Shown here one piece after another: positions 17,063 through 26,342 of a stretch of 47,608 nt of DNA. A program made the position numbers and the translations under genes. Origin of the DNA: Candidatus Xenobia bacterium (GTDB lineage: Bacteria > Vulcanimicrobiota > Xenobia > Xenobiales > QWHO01); assembly GCA_045863235.1 (NCBI GenBank), contig BTUM01000063.1, positions 1-47,608 on the forward strand. The letters run 5' to 3'. Each line of letters opens with the position of its first letter. Position 1 is the stretch's first letter. The notes under the pieces were generated by a model that saw only the letters and a list, made by a program, of their open reading frames with translations, did not search any database and was not told where the DNA came from.

Positions 17063-19810
17063 ATGCGTCCTGGCGTGCGCCTGCTCTCGCTCTGCTTTTT
17101 CCTCTCGGGGTCGGCCGCGCTCACGTATCAGGTGATCTGGATCCGCATGCTGGGCTGGTTCTTCGGCACCACGACCCTGGCGGTGGCCACCACTGTGGCC
17201 GCCTTCATGGCCGGACTGGCCCTGGGCAGCTGGCTGGGCGGCCGCTGGGTCGAGCGCCAGTCCCACCTGGTCCGCGCCTACGTGGGGGTGGAAGGCCTGA
17301 TGGGTCTGGCCGGCCTTACGCTGACGCTGGGGCTCAGCCACCTGACCGGGCTCTCGGTCTGGCTCTACCACAATATTCCCGCCCCTCTCTTGCCGCTGGC
17401 GCGTTTCCTGCTCCTGTTTGCTCTGCTCATGGTTCCCACCACCCTGATGGGCGTGACGATGCCCATCCTGGCCCGCTACGTGGTCAGCCGCCCCGACGAG
17501 GTGGCCCGCCTGCTCGGGCGCCTGTACGCGCTCAACACCGCCGGAGCGGTGCTGGGGGCCCTGGCCACCGACTTCTGGCTGATCCCCACCCTGGGCGTGA
17601 CGGCCACCGGGCTTTCGGCGGCCGGACTCAACCTGGCCGTGGCTGCCCTGGCCTGGTTGGGACTGGCCCGTCAGGATTCCGCCCCCCTGCCCCCGGCCGA
17701 GTCCGACGACCGCCCTCCCCCGCTCTGGCTCCTGGTCGGGTTCTTCGGCTCGGGCCTGGCGGCCCTGGCTCTGGAGGTGCTCTGGACCCGCAGCCTGGTG
17801 TTCTTCATGGGCTGTGAGGTGTTCGTCTTCAGCCTGATCCTGGCCGTCTTCCTGAGCGGGCTGGCACTGGGCGCCTCCCTCTCGCGGGGCTGGGCCGGTC
17901 GGGTGAGCGACCCGGCCGCCACCCTGGCCCTGGTGCAGTCTTTGCTGGCCTTGCTGACCCTGGGCTCGCTGGCCGCCATCGCGGCACTCAAGCAGGTGCT
18001 GGCGACCCTGGTCGGGCTGGCCCCCGCCCTGCACCCCTGGACCCAGTACGTGCTCAAGGGCGCGGCCGCCTGCCTGGTGGTGATGCTCCCGGCCACCTTG
18101 TTGATGGGGATGACCTTCCCGCTCTTCATGCGCCTGGGTGCCGAGGCCGGCACGGTGGGACGCCGGGTGGGCCTGCTGTATGCCTGGAACACAGTGGGAT
18201 CGGCGGCCGGCTCGCTGCTGGCCGGCTTCGTGCTGCTGCCCCAACTGGGCTTGCAGCGAGCCATCCTCACGGTGGCCGCCCTGACGCTGGGGCTGGCGCT
18301 CTTGACCGCCCTGCACGGACGACGCAGCCTGCCCGTGGTGGGCCTGACGGCCCTGGCCCTGGTCTTCGGCTTCAGCCTGCCTTCCGACACCATCCTGGCG
18401 CGAACCTACCAGGCCGAGTTCGGTCCCCTGGCCTTCTTTCGCGAGGCCCCCGAAGGCACGGTGGCGGTAGCCACCCTGCGCGATTTCGACCGCTCCGAGT
18501 TCCGCCGACTGATCGTCAACGGCTTCTCCATGACCGGCACCACCTTCAAATCGCAGCGCTACATGAAGCTGCTCGGCCACCTGCCCAGCCTGCTCCACCC
18601 CGCTCCCAGGCGCAGCCTGGTGATCTGCCTGGGCACCGGAATGACCCTGTCGGCCCTGGCCGCCCACCCTGAGTACGAGCGCATCGACTGCGTCGACCTT
18701 TCGGCCACGGTGCGCCAGGCACTGCCCCTGTTCGAGTCTGCCAACCGGGGCGTGTGGAAGGATCCGCGTGTTCACATCCGCATCGACGACGGGCGCAACT
18801 ACCTCCTGACCACCGAGGCGCGCTACGATGTGATCACCTTTGAGCCGCCCCCGCCGCGCAACGCCGGCATCGTCAACCTGTATTCGCGCGAGTACTACCA
18901 GCTCTGCCGCCAGCGGCTCAACCCCGGAGGCCTGGTGTGCCAGTGGCTGCCGGTGCACCAGCTCCGGCAAGAGGACGTGAAGGCGTGCATCCGCGCCTTC
19001 ACAGACGTCTTCCCCAATACCACCCTGTGGACCAACTTCGCTTACACCGATCTCTGCCTGCTGGGGTCGATGGAGCCGCTGGCGCTCTCGCCCGCGCGCC
19101 TGCGCCAACGCCTGGCAGGAACGCCGCTGGAGGCCATCGGGGTGGAGGACGCCGAGTCGCTCCTCTCCACCTACCTGCACGGCCCCGAATCGCTCAAGGC
19201 TTACACCGCAGACACGCTCCCCCTGACCGACGACCGCCCCACGCTGGAGTATAGCTTCCTGAGCGGTCTGGACATCGACCTGGACTACTTGCTGGCCAGG
19301 CGCGAATCGGTCCGACCCCTGCTGAGCGATCCGCCTGACGAGGCCCGATTGAAGGCCGGGGAGATTTTGCATGACTCGGTGCACCAGTACTACATCCTGG
19401 AAATCGCCGGCCTGGTGCGCGGAGACCTGGCTCAGTTGCGCTGGCAGCAAGATCAGATGGGTGACAACATCCACCGGGTGGCTCCTACCAATCTCTACGG
19501 CCGCTACGTGCTCTGGGCTACCGACCCCTATAAGACCTACCTCGAGCAAGAGCTTGCCAAACGCCCTCGAGACCGGACCCTGCTCTGGGCACTGGCCCGC
19601 TGGCAACGCTTCCGAGGAGAGCTGACCGAAGCCCGAGCCACGCTGCTCAGGCTCGATCCCGAACAGGATGGCGAGGTGGCCTGGGCCCTCTTCTGCGTGG
19701 ACGCTGCCGGCCGGCGGGGCTGGGCCGAGCTGGTGCTCAAAGTGTGTCCCGACCCGGTGCGCCAGGGAATCGCCCGAAAAACCCTTGACGCGGAGCCCCC
19801 CAGGCGCTAA
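17063..19810 (+). CDS. Fused multi-TM (MFS-like) / spermidine-synthase-fold protein with C-terminal TPR-like tail
   Basis: FFLSGSAALTYQVIW.R, LYALNTAGAVLG, LYAWNTVGSAAG, ICLGTGMT, DDGRNYL, YDVITFEPP, NLYSREYY, QWLP, TDDRP.LEY. Confidence 0.85.
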   Translation: MRPGVRLLSLCFFLSGSAALTYQVIWIRMLGWFFGTTTLAVATTVAAFMAGLALGSWLGGRWVERQSHLVRAYVGVEGLMGLAGLTLTLGLSHLTGLSVWLYHNIPAPLLPLARFLLLFALLMVPTTLMGVTMPILARYVVSRPDEVARLLGRLYALNTAGAVLGALATDFWLIPTLGVTATGLSAAGLNLAVAALAWLGLARQDSAPLPPAESDDRPPPLWLLVGFFGSGLAALALEVLWTRSLVFFMGCEVFVFSLILAVFLSGLALGASLSRGWAGRVSDPAATLALVQSLLALLTLGSLAAIAALKQVLATLVGLAPALHPWTQYVLKGAAACLVVMLPATLLMGMTFPLFMRLGAEAGTVGRRVGLLYAWNTVGSAAGSLLAGFVLLPQLGLQRAILTVAALTLGLALLTALHGRRSLPVVGLTALALVFGFSLPSDTILARTYQAEFGPLAFFREAPEGTVAVATLRDFDRSEFRRLIVNGFSMTGTTFKSQRYMKLLGHLPSLLHPAPRRSLVICLGTGMTLSALAAHPEYERIDCVDLSATVRQALPLFESANRGVWKDPRVHIRIDDGRNYLLTTEARYDVITFEPPPPRNAGIVNLYSREYYQLCRQRLNPGGLVCQWLPVHQLRQEDVKACIRAFTDVFPNTTLWTNFAYTDLCLLGSMEPLALSPARLRQRLAGTPLEAIGVEDAESLLSTYLHGPESLKAYTADTLPLTDDRPTLEYSFLSGLDIDLDYLLARRESVRPLLSDPPDEARLKAGEILHDSVHQYYILEIAGLVRGDLAQLRWQQDQMGDNIHRVAPTNLYGRYVLWATDPYKTYLEQELAKRPRDRTLLWALARWQRFRGELTEARATLLRLDPEQDGEVAWALFCVDAAGRRGWAELVLKVCPDPVRQGIARKTLDAEPPRR

Positions 19811-19821
19811 CCTCGCCCTCT

Positions 19822-21453
19822 ATGGTTCGCTTGACTGGCATCACCAAACATCTGGGGGGACGCACCCTGCTGGCCGAGGCATCCATGCAGGCCAATCCGG
19901 GCGAGCGCATCGGCCTGGTCGGCCCCAACGGCGCCGGCAAGAGCACCATCTTTCGCATCCTGGCCGGCCACGAGGGCTACGACGGAGGCGAGGTGGCCGT
20001 GCCCAGCCGCACCGTGATCGGTTATTTCTCGCAGGATGTGGCCGAGATGAGCGGCCGCACCGTGCTGCAGGAGGTTCTGGCCGGGGCTGGCCGGGTGGCC
20101 GAGTTGTCCGAGCAGATCGCCTCCATCGAGGAGCAGCTCGCCCATGAGCTCGAGGAAGAGGAGATGGCCCGCCTGCTCGATCAGTACGGGGATCTGCGCC
20201 ACGACTTCGAGGCCCTGGGGGGCTACGACGTGGAGGTGCGGGCTCAAACCGTGCTCACCGGGCTCGGCTTTCCGGTGGAGGACCACCACCGCCCGGTGGA
20301 GAGCTATTCGGGCGGCTGGAAAATGCGCATCGCCCTGGCCCGTATCCTGACCCTGCAGCCTGATCTGCTCTTAATGGACGAGCCCACCAACCACCTCGAT
20401 CTGGAGTCGATCGTGTGGCTGGAGGAGTGGCTGCGTGGCTACCAGGGCACCATGATCCTGACCAGCCACGACCGCGAGTTCCTCAACCGCCTGGTCACCC
20501 GCATCGTGGAGGTCTACCTGGGCGACCTGACCAGCTACGCCGGGAACTACGACCGCTACGAGTCCGAGCGCGAGCTTCGAAACGAGCAGCAGATCGCAAG
20601 CTACAAGCGTCAACAGGACACTCTGGCCAAGGAGGAGGCCTTCATCGCACGCTTCGCGGCCCGGGCCTCGCACGCTTCCCAGGTGCAGTCGCGGGTCAAG
20701 AAGCTGGAGAAGATCGACCGCATCCAGCTGCCCGAGGAGGCGCGAGCGGTCAAGCTGCAGTTCCCTGTGCCGCCTCGCTCGGGGGAGGAGGTCTTCAACC
20801 TGCGCGGGGTCAGCAAGCGCTGGAACCACCCCGACGGGCGCCACGTCCAGGTCTTCGAGGACGTGACCGCGGTGGTGCGACGACTCAACCGCATTGCCGT
20901 GGTGGGGGTGAACGGAGCCGGCAAATCCACCCTGCTCAAGATGCTCTCCGGCCAGACCGAAGCCGACCAGGGCCAGCTGGCCCTGGGCGCCAGCGTGGAG
21001 GTGGGCTACTTCAGCCAGAACTCGCTGGACCTGCTCGACCCCACCCGGACCGTGTTCGAGCAGGTCTACGAGGCCATGCCCACGGCCTCGATCGCCCAGG
21101 TGCGCGGCCTGCTGGGAGGCTTTCTCTTCACCGGCGACGAGGTGGACAAGAAGGTCGGCGTGCTCTCCGGGGGAGAGAAGAGCCGGGTGGTGCTGGCCCT
21201 GATCCTGGCCCGTCCGGTCAACTTCCTGGTGCTGGACGAGCCAACCAACCACCTGGACATGCGCTCGCGGGAGATTCTGCTGCAGGCTCTGCAAGAGTTC
21301 CAGGGCACGCTGGTGCTCGTCAGCCACGACCGGCACTTCCTCAGGGCCATCTCCAACCGGGTCTTCCACGTGACCGACCGCAAGGTGCGCGTCTTCGAGG
21401 GCTCTTATAGCGAGTTTCTGGTATCCGAGCAGGGAGATCAGCGGGCCCGCTGA
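19822..21453 (+). CDS. ABC-F family ATP-binding protein
   Basis: Two ABC domains (GPNGAGKST, SGGW, DEPTNHLD; GVNGAGKST, SGGE, DEPTNHLD) with linker and no TM segments. Confidence 0.95.
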   Translation: MVRLTGITKHLGGRTLLAEASMQANPGERIGLVGPNGAGKSTIFRILAGHEGYDGGEVAVPSRTVIGYFSQDVAEMSGRTVLQEVLAGAGRVAELSEQIASIEEQLAHELEEEEMARLLDQYGDLRHDFEALGGYDVEVRAQTVLTGLGFPVEDHHRPVESYSGGWKMRIALARILTLQPDLLLMDEPTNHLDLESIVWLEEWLRGYQGTMILTSHDREFLNRLVTRIVEVYLGDLTSYAGNYDRYESERELRNEQQIASYKRQQDTLAKEEAFIARFAARASHASQVQSRVKKLEKIDRIQLPEEARAVKLQFPVPPRSGEEVFNLRGVSKRWNHPDGRHVQVFEDVTAVVRRLNRIAVVGVNGAGKSTLLKMLSGQTEADQGQLALGASVEVGYFSQNSLDLLDPTRTVFEQVYEAMPTASIAQVRGLLGGFLFTGDEVDKKVGVLSGGEKSRVVLALILARPVNFLVLDEPTNHLDMRSREILLQALQEFQGTLVLVSHDRHFLRAISNRVFHVTDRKVRVFEGSYSEFLVSEQGDQRAR

Positions 21454-22454
21454 GCTCCCTGCACCGAGTTTTTGAGGGCCGCACCCAGCCGACGAGCCAG
21501 GCCTGGCCCCTCATAGATGAAACCGGTGTAGACCTGCACCAGTGAGGCCCCGGCCGCCAGCATGCGCCGGGCACTCTCCTCGTCGTGCACCCCACCCACT
21601 CCGATCAGGGGGAGGGCGCCCCCGGTCTGATCGGCCAGGAAGGCCACCACCTCGCGTGAGCGTTCGGTCAGCACCCGGCCGCTCAGCCCGCCCTCCGGGC
21701 TCACCTCCTGAAAGGGGGGATCGCGGCGAGCTGTGGTGTTGGTGGCGATCAGCCCGTCCAGTTTCAGGTCCTGCGCCACCCGAGCGGCGTCGGCCAGCTC
21801 CTCACGGCTCATGTCCGGGCTCAGCTTGACCAGCAAGGGGCAGCTTCCTCGGACGGCCAGCACTGCCTCGAGCATGGTCCGCAGCTCGCGTTCCCCGGCC
21901 AGGCTGCGCAGACCGGCTGTGTTGGGCGAGCTCACGTTCAGGGCCAGGTAGTCGGCCACCTGACTGAACAGCCTGACCCCGGTCACGTAGTCCTCGTGGG
22001 CGCGCTCGAGCGGCGTGCTGGCCTGCTTGCCCACATTGACCCCCAGCACCAGCGGGTAGGGGCGCTGCAAACGGCGCAAAATGGCCTGGGAGCCATCGTT
22101 GGGGAAGCCCATCTTGTTGCGCAGGCACTCCTGCTCGGGCAGTCGCCAGATCCGCGGACGCGGATGCCCTGATTGGGGCAGGGGGGTGACCGTGCCCACC
22201 TCGACGTGGCCGAACCCCAGCGCCGCCGCCGCCCGATAGAACCTGGCGTTCTTGTCGAAGCCGGCAGCCAGGCCGATGCGGTTGGGGAAGCGCAGGCCGA
22301 AGAGCTCTACCGGATCGTCAGAACGCATCACGCTCTGAATCAGACTGCGGACTGGTCCCCAGCCCAGCACCGGCCCGCCCAGCGACACAGCCAGCTCGTG
22401 GGCCGTCTCGGGCTCGAGCCTGAACAGGAGCGGCTTGAGCAGCCGGTAGCTCAG
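21438..22454 (-). CDS. pyrD: Quinone-dependent dihydroorotate dehydrogenase (class 2)
   Basis: LFRLEPETAH, GLAAGFDKN, GTVTPLPQ.G, NVSSPNT, KLSPD, TNTT, GGLSG; probable CTG start at 22454 overlapping the pyrC stop. Confidence 0.93.
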   Translation of the reverse strand: MSYRLLKPLLFRLEPETAHELAVSLGGPVLGWGPVRSLIQSVMRSDDPVELFGLRFPNRIGLAAGFDKNARFYRAAAALGFGHVEVGTVTPLPQSGHPRPRIWRLPEQECLRNKMGFPNDGSQAILRRLQRPYPLVLGVNVGKQASTPLERAHEDYVTGVRLFSQVADYLALNVSSPNTAGLRSLAGERELRTMLEAVLAVRGSCPLLVKLSPDMSREELADAARVAQDLKLDGLIATNTTARRDPPFQEVSPEGGLSGRVLTERSREVVAFLADQTGGALPLIGVGGVHDEESARRMLAAGASLVQVYTGFIYEGPGLARRLGAALKNSVQGAQRAR

Positions 22455-23647
22455 GTGATCTCGCGCCCCTGACGAAAGACCCGGCCCGAAGCCACTGTGA
22501 GCTCGACCCGGCCGGGCAGGGTTTCCCCCTCGAAGGGCGACCAACCACAGCCCGTGCGACAATCCTCGGCCTGAACCGTCCATGGCTCCTTCAGGTTGAG
22601 CACGGCCAGGTGGCCCTTATATCCTTCGGCGATACGCCCGAGGTTGCGGTCCATGAACTGACCTGGCAGGTGACAGCAGTGACGGGCAAGTTGCTCGGGA
22701 GTGAAGCCCTGGTGGAGCAGCCAGGCCACGAAGGCGCCGTACGTGTCCAGCAGGGGGACGCCCGAAGGGTTCTCGCTCTGCTTCTCTGCCACGGTGTGGG
22801 GAGCGTGGTCGGTGGCCAGAAAATCGATGCGTCCCTGGCGGAAAGCCTCCAGCAGGGCCAGGCGGTTCTGGCGACTGCGCAGGGGCGGATTCATTTTAAG
22901 AAAGGCGTTGCGAGCGGCCTGGTGGCGGTTCTCGCGGTCGAAATAGAGATGGTGGGGGGCCACCTCGCTGACCGCCCCGTCCAACAGGTCAAGCGAGCCG
23001 ACCACGCTCAGGTGGGCCACGTGTACCTGAAAACCGTACTTCTGGCCCAGTTGCATCACCGTCTCCACCGCCTTCAGCTCGGCCTCCGGCGGGCGGCGGT
23101 CCTCGTGCTCGGCCGCTCCAGCCGCCTCGCGCAGCATGACCGGGTCTTCACAGTGAAAAGTGACCCGGCGTCCACCGTAATGCTGCAGCGTGTCCTCGAG
23201 GTCGCAGTCGTCATGGAAGAAGAGCGGCCCGATACTGGGCCCTACGTAGGCTTTGTAAAAGCGGTGATGGAAGGGACGGGTGCCCGGGCCCACACCGGCG
23301 TAGAAGTCCAGGTCCACCGGCCAATCGCCTGCGCGAGCCCGCTTGGCCTCGAGCTGCTCGGCGGTAACCGGAGGGTCGGGGTTGTTGGGCATGTCGAGCA
23401 TGAAGCAGACTCCGCCGTTGAGTGCCGCCTCCACACCGGTCTGGTAGGTTTCTTTGTGGGGCTGGCCCTCGCGCAGGTGCACGTGCAGGTCGCCAAACCC
23501 GGGAAACACCAGAAAACCCTCGCCGAAAGCCAGGTCCGGCCGGCCAAGGCCGTCCCCCACCCGGGCGATGACCCCATCCTGAATCAACACCTGGCCCTGG
23601 CGGACCCCTTCGGCATCAACCAGGGCCCCTTCCACGAGCAGCTTCAC
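22451..23647 (-). CDS. pyrC: Dihydroorotase
   Basis: PGFGDLHVHLRE, DMPNN, FHCED, HVAHLS, EVAPHHL, KMNPPLR, ATDHAPH, GWSPFEG. Confidence 0.9.
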   Translation of the reverse strand: MKLLVEGALVDAEGVRQGQVLIQDGVIARVGDGLGRPDLAFGEGFLVFPGFGDLHVHLREGQPHKETYQTGVEAALNGGVCFMLDMPNNPDPPVTAEQLEAKRARAGDWPVDLDFYAGVGPGTRPFHHRFYKAYVGPSIGPLFFHDDCDLEDTLQHYGGRRVTFHCEDPVMLREAAGAAEHEDRRPPEAELKAVETVMQLGQKYGFQVHVAHLSVVGSLDLLDGAVSEVAPHHLYFDRENRHQAARNAFLKMNPPLRSRQNRLALLEAFRQGRIDFLATDHAPHTVAEKQSENPSGVPLLDTYGAFVAWLLHQGFTPEQLARHCCHLPGQFMDRNLGRIAEGYKGHLAVLNLKEPWTVQAEDCRTGCGWSPFEGETLPGRVELTVASGRVFRQGREIT

Positions 23648-24108
23648 AAAAGCTCCAGGTCAGCCCCGGAGGTGACGAAGCAGCAGTAGTGGCAACGCAA
23701 AGCGACGGGCTCGCGGCTGAGGGTGGTGAAACGGGTTGGAACCGCTTCGTGACGGGTGATGCAGCCGAGATTCCCGCACCGGGCCAGGCCCTCGAACTCG
23801 TCGGGCAGCTTGACGGTGAACTTCTGCGTCCGCTCGCCCTTGCGGATCAGGTTAATGGTGGCCAGAGGGGCGACCAGGGCGATGCGATTCATCTCCTGCT
23901 CGGTCAGCTCGCGGTTCTCGACCTTGAGCAGGTCCTTTTTGCCCAGTTTGGCGCTCTGCAGTCCGAAGCCGACCGTGACCATGGAATCCGATCCACGCAG
24001 GCCCAACAGCTCCAGCACCTGCACCGCGGCCCAGTGGGGCATGTGGTCGATCACGGTGCCATTCTCGATCCGATAGACTTTGTATTCGCGCTCGGCGGTC
24101 TTGCTCAC
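23644..24108 (-). CDS. pyrI: Aspartate carbamoyltransferase regulatory chain
   Basis: IENGTVIDH, KKDLLKVE, Zn ligands C.N.GCIT and LRCHYC. Confidence 0.93.
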   Translation of the reverse strand: MSKTAEREYKVYRIENGTVIDHMPHWAAVQVLELLGLRGSDSMVTVGFGLQSAKLGKKDLLKVENRELTEQEMNRIALVAPLATINLIRKGERTQKFTVKLPDEFEGLARCGNLGCITRHEAVPTRFTTLSREPVALRCHYCCFVTSGADLELL

Positions 24109-25052
24109 GGTCGCTCTCCAATCCCCAGCAGCAACCAGAGCAGCGCCTTGCGCACGGGCACGCCTCCGGCGGCCTGCTGGAAGTAAAATGCGTAAGGGGT
24201 CGGGTCCACGTCGGGGGCGATCTCATCCACCCGGGGGAGAGGGTGCAGGATGCGCAGATTGGAGCGCACCTTTCGCAGCATGCCGGCGGTGAGACGGAAG
24301 GCGCCCCGCACCTTCTCATACTCGGTCTCGTCGGGCATGCGCTCTCGTTGAATGCGGGTCACGTAGACCACGTCGGCCTCGTCCAGCACCGCTTCCAGAG
24401 AGTCGTGCTCGCTCCACTCCACCCCGGCCTGCCGCAGGCTGGCCAGTTGCTCGGCGGGCATGCGCAGACTGGGCGGGGAGACATAGCGCAGCTTGTTGCC
24501 GGGATACATCGAGAGGGCGTCGGAGAGCGAGTGGACGGTGCGCCCGTACTTCAGGTCTCCCACCATGGCCACCGTCAGATTGTCCAGGCGTCCCTGAGTT
24601 CCGCGGATGGCGTAGAGGTCCAGCAAAGTCTGTGTAGGATGCTGGTTCTTGCCGTCTCCGGCGTTGATGACCGGCACGCTGGCCGAGTCGGCCGCCCAGC
24701 GAGCCGAGCCGTCTCGGGGATGGCGCAGCACGATGGCGTCGGAGTAAGCCGAGAACATCTGGATGGTGTCGTAGAGTGTCTCACCCTTCTGCACCGAGGT
24801 GCCCTCGGCGCTGTCGAACCCGCAGAGAGAGCCCCCCAGGTGATGCACGGCGGTTACAAAGCTGTTGCGGGTGCGGGTGCTGTTCTCGTAGAAAAGCAGG
24901 GCGATCTGGCGCCCGGCCAGCTCGTCGCCGCGGTGACCCTCGAGGCGGCTGGCGGTGGCCAGCACCTCCTCGATCTCCTCGCGGCTAAAATCGCGGATCG
25001 AAACCAGGCTGCGGCCGCGCAGGCCAGACGCCAGGACTGCTTGATCGGGCAA
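24105..25052 (-). CDS. pyrB: Aspartate carbamoyltransferase catalytic chain
   Basis: FYENSTRT, KGETLYDT, INAGDG..QHPTQTLLD, GDLKYGRTVHSL, HPLPR; TTG start at 25052 with GGAGG RBS. Confidence 0.96.
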   Translation of the reverse strand: MPDQAVLASGLRGRSLVSIRDFSREEIEEVLATASRLEGHRGDELAGRQIALLFYENSTRTRNSFVTAVHHLGGSLCGFDSAEGTSVQKGETLYDTIQMFSAYSDAIVLRHPRDGSARWAADSASVPVINAGDGKNQHPTQTLLDLYAIRGTQGRLDNLTVAMVGDLKYGRTVHSLSDALSMYPGNKLRYVSPPSLRMPAEQLASLRQAGVEWSEHDSLEAVLDEADVVYVTRIQRERMPDETEYEKVRGAFRLTAGMLRKVRSNLRILHPLPRVDEIAPDVDPTPYAFYFQQAAGGVPVRKALLWLLLGIGERP

Positions 25053-25155
25053 GGAACCTCCAGGTTGAACGCAAGGCCGGAGCCTGCGGGCTCGGGGGCG
25101 GTTCGCCTGCCAGAAGACCAATCCTTTCAGACATTTGTCATGAGCGAGGGCTAAA

Positions 25156-25464
25156 GTGGAATCACAAGGAGCATCGGAGGTGGATATCGTGGATATCCTG
25201 GCAGAGATTCAGAACCTGGTGCGTCAGGGCGCCAGCGCCAAGCAACTGGCCACTTACGGAGTACGCGTGGTGGAGCAACTCACCAACGCCGACGAGCAGT
25301 CGGCCGTGGGGCGGGTGGTTCTCAGAGCCCTGCTCGACAGGGCCGATGCCGGCCAGCGCTCGATTGCCGAGCGAGCCCTGGAGGTCATGGACAAGTTTCC
25401 CAGCTACCCTCGCCCTCGGGCTGCGGTCGTGCGGGCGGCCCTCAAGAGTCTGGCCCAGGCTTAA
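25156..25464 (+). CDS. Small helical hypothetical protein
   Basis: Fills the gap between pyrB and the pilin cluster, GAGG RBS, followed by a terminator; no recognised motif. Confidence 0.55.
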   Translation: MESQGASEVDIVDILAEIQNLVRQGASAKQLATYGVRVVEQLTNADEQSAVGRVVLRALLDRADAGQRSIAERALEVMDKFPSYPRPRAAVVRAALKSLAQA

Positions 25465-25490
25465 GGCCCAAAACCGACCGTTGCTCCCAG

Positions 25491-25519
25491 AAGAGCCCGG
25501 CAGGCTTGCCGGGCTCTTT
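25491..25519. terminator. Probable bidirectional terminator between convergent genes
   Basis: aagagcccggca-ggct-tgccgggctctt perfect stem. Confidence 0.8.
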
Positions 25520-25523
25520 GCAT

Positions 25524-26342
25524 TCACCGGTTTCCTGGCACGACCCAGGTTTTGTACTCGAGCGTGAAGGGATCGCTCGACATGTCGGCCTGGCCAAGCT
25601 TGATGGGACCCGAGCGGGCATGCGAGGCCTCCACCAGGCGCACGGCTCGGGTGGTCAAGCCCACCGGCCCACCACCGCCCGGACGCTGGACCCGAAACGA
25701 GAGTAAGGCATCGGCGATGACCTGGACGCTGCCGGGGACCACCGCTCCGGTCACCATGCCGGACAGGGCGTAGGGGGCTGGGGGGGCCGTCAGATAAGTG
25801 TCCACCTCGGCCGGGGTCAACAGCGGCTCGACTTCGTCGGGGTCGTTCGGGTCAGATGACTGGTCGTTGAGATCGATCACTTTCTTGATCAGGTATTTGT
25901 GAGGGCAGGCGGTGTCATATCCGTCAGGGTCGCGAAACCCGGCACAGGTTGTGTGGTTGTCGGGAACGACCGTGTAATAGAGCACGTTAACCTGCCACAA
26001 GGGCTCCCCGTTGGAAGGATTGCGGGCAAAAGTCTGGGCGTAGGGGGCGGGATAGGTGGCGGGGACTTTGCTGCTCAAGAACCAGAGCGCGTCTCCGTTG
26101 GCCGCCCCAAACTTGCCCTGGCCCCACGGCTTGAAGTCCAGGTGGGTCGAGGAAGCTGTCTTGAGGTCTTCGAGCACCTGCAGGTGGACGCGTCGCAGAT
26201 CGCGCTGGGCCTTCTGGCGACTCTCGACGTTGTGCCAGGCCCGCAGTCCTCCGCGCAAGATCAAGAAGACGGCGATCACCATCAGGCTGTAGACTCCGGT
26301 GGTGATGATGACCTCGAACAGGGTCGCGCCGCGCCGAGCCAT
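25524..26342 (-). CDS. Type IV minor pilin / pseudopilin (PilW/PulJ-like)
   Basis: Class III signal MARRG|ATLFEVII with Glu at +5, followed by a hydrophobic helix. Confidence 0.75.
   Translation of the reverse strand: MARRGATLFEVIITTGVYSLMVIAVFLILRGGLRAWHNVESRQKAQRDLRRVHLQVLEDLKTASSTHLDFKPWGQGKFGAANGDALWFLSSKVPATYPAPYAQTFARNPSNGEPLWQVNVLYYTVVPDNHTTCAGFRDPDGYDTACPHKYLIKKVIDLNDQSSDPNDPDEVEPLLTPAEVDTYLTAPPAPYALSGMVTGAVVPGSVQVIADALLSFRVQRPGGGGPVGLTTRAVRLVEASHARSGPIKLGQADMSSDPFTLEYKTWVVPGNR

Noticed and set aside
15479..19606. 1375-aa minus-strand ORF and other long antisense ORFs (e.g. 6722-8626, 31947-33617, 43587-45272)
   Set aside because: Shadow frames of GC-rich genes with clear motifs on the opposite strand; no domain features of their own.
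19822..21453. ABC-F as an antibiotic-resistance (ARE) factor
   Set aside because: Looks like an ordinary housekeeping ABC-F; no leader peptide or mobile context, and the subfamily cannot be assigned by eye.
25053..25155. PyrR-type attenuator upstream of pyrB
   Set aside because: No recognisable PyrR-binding loop (AGUCCAGAGAGGCU-like) or terminator U-tract; only short GC hairpins.
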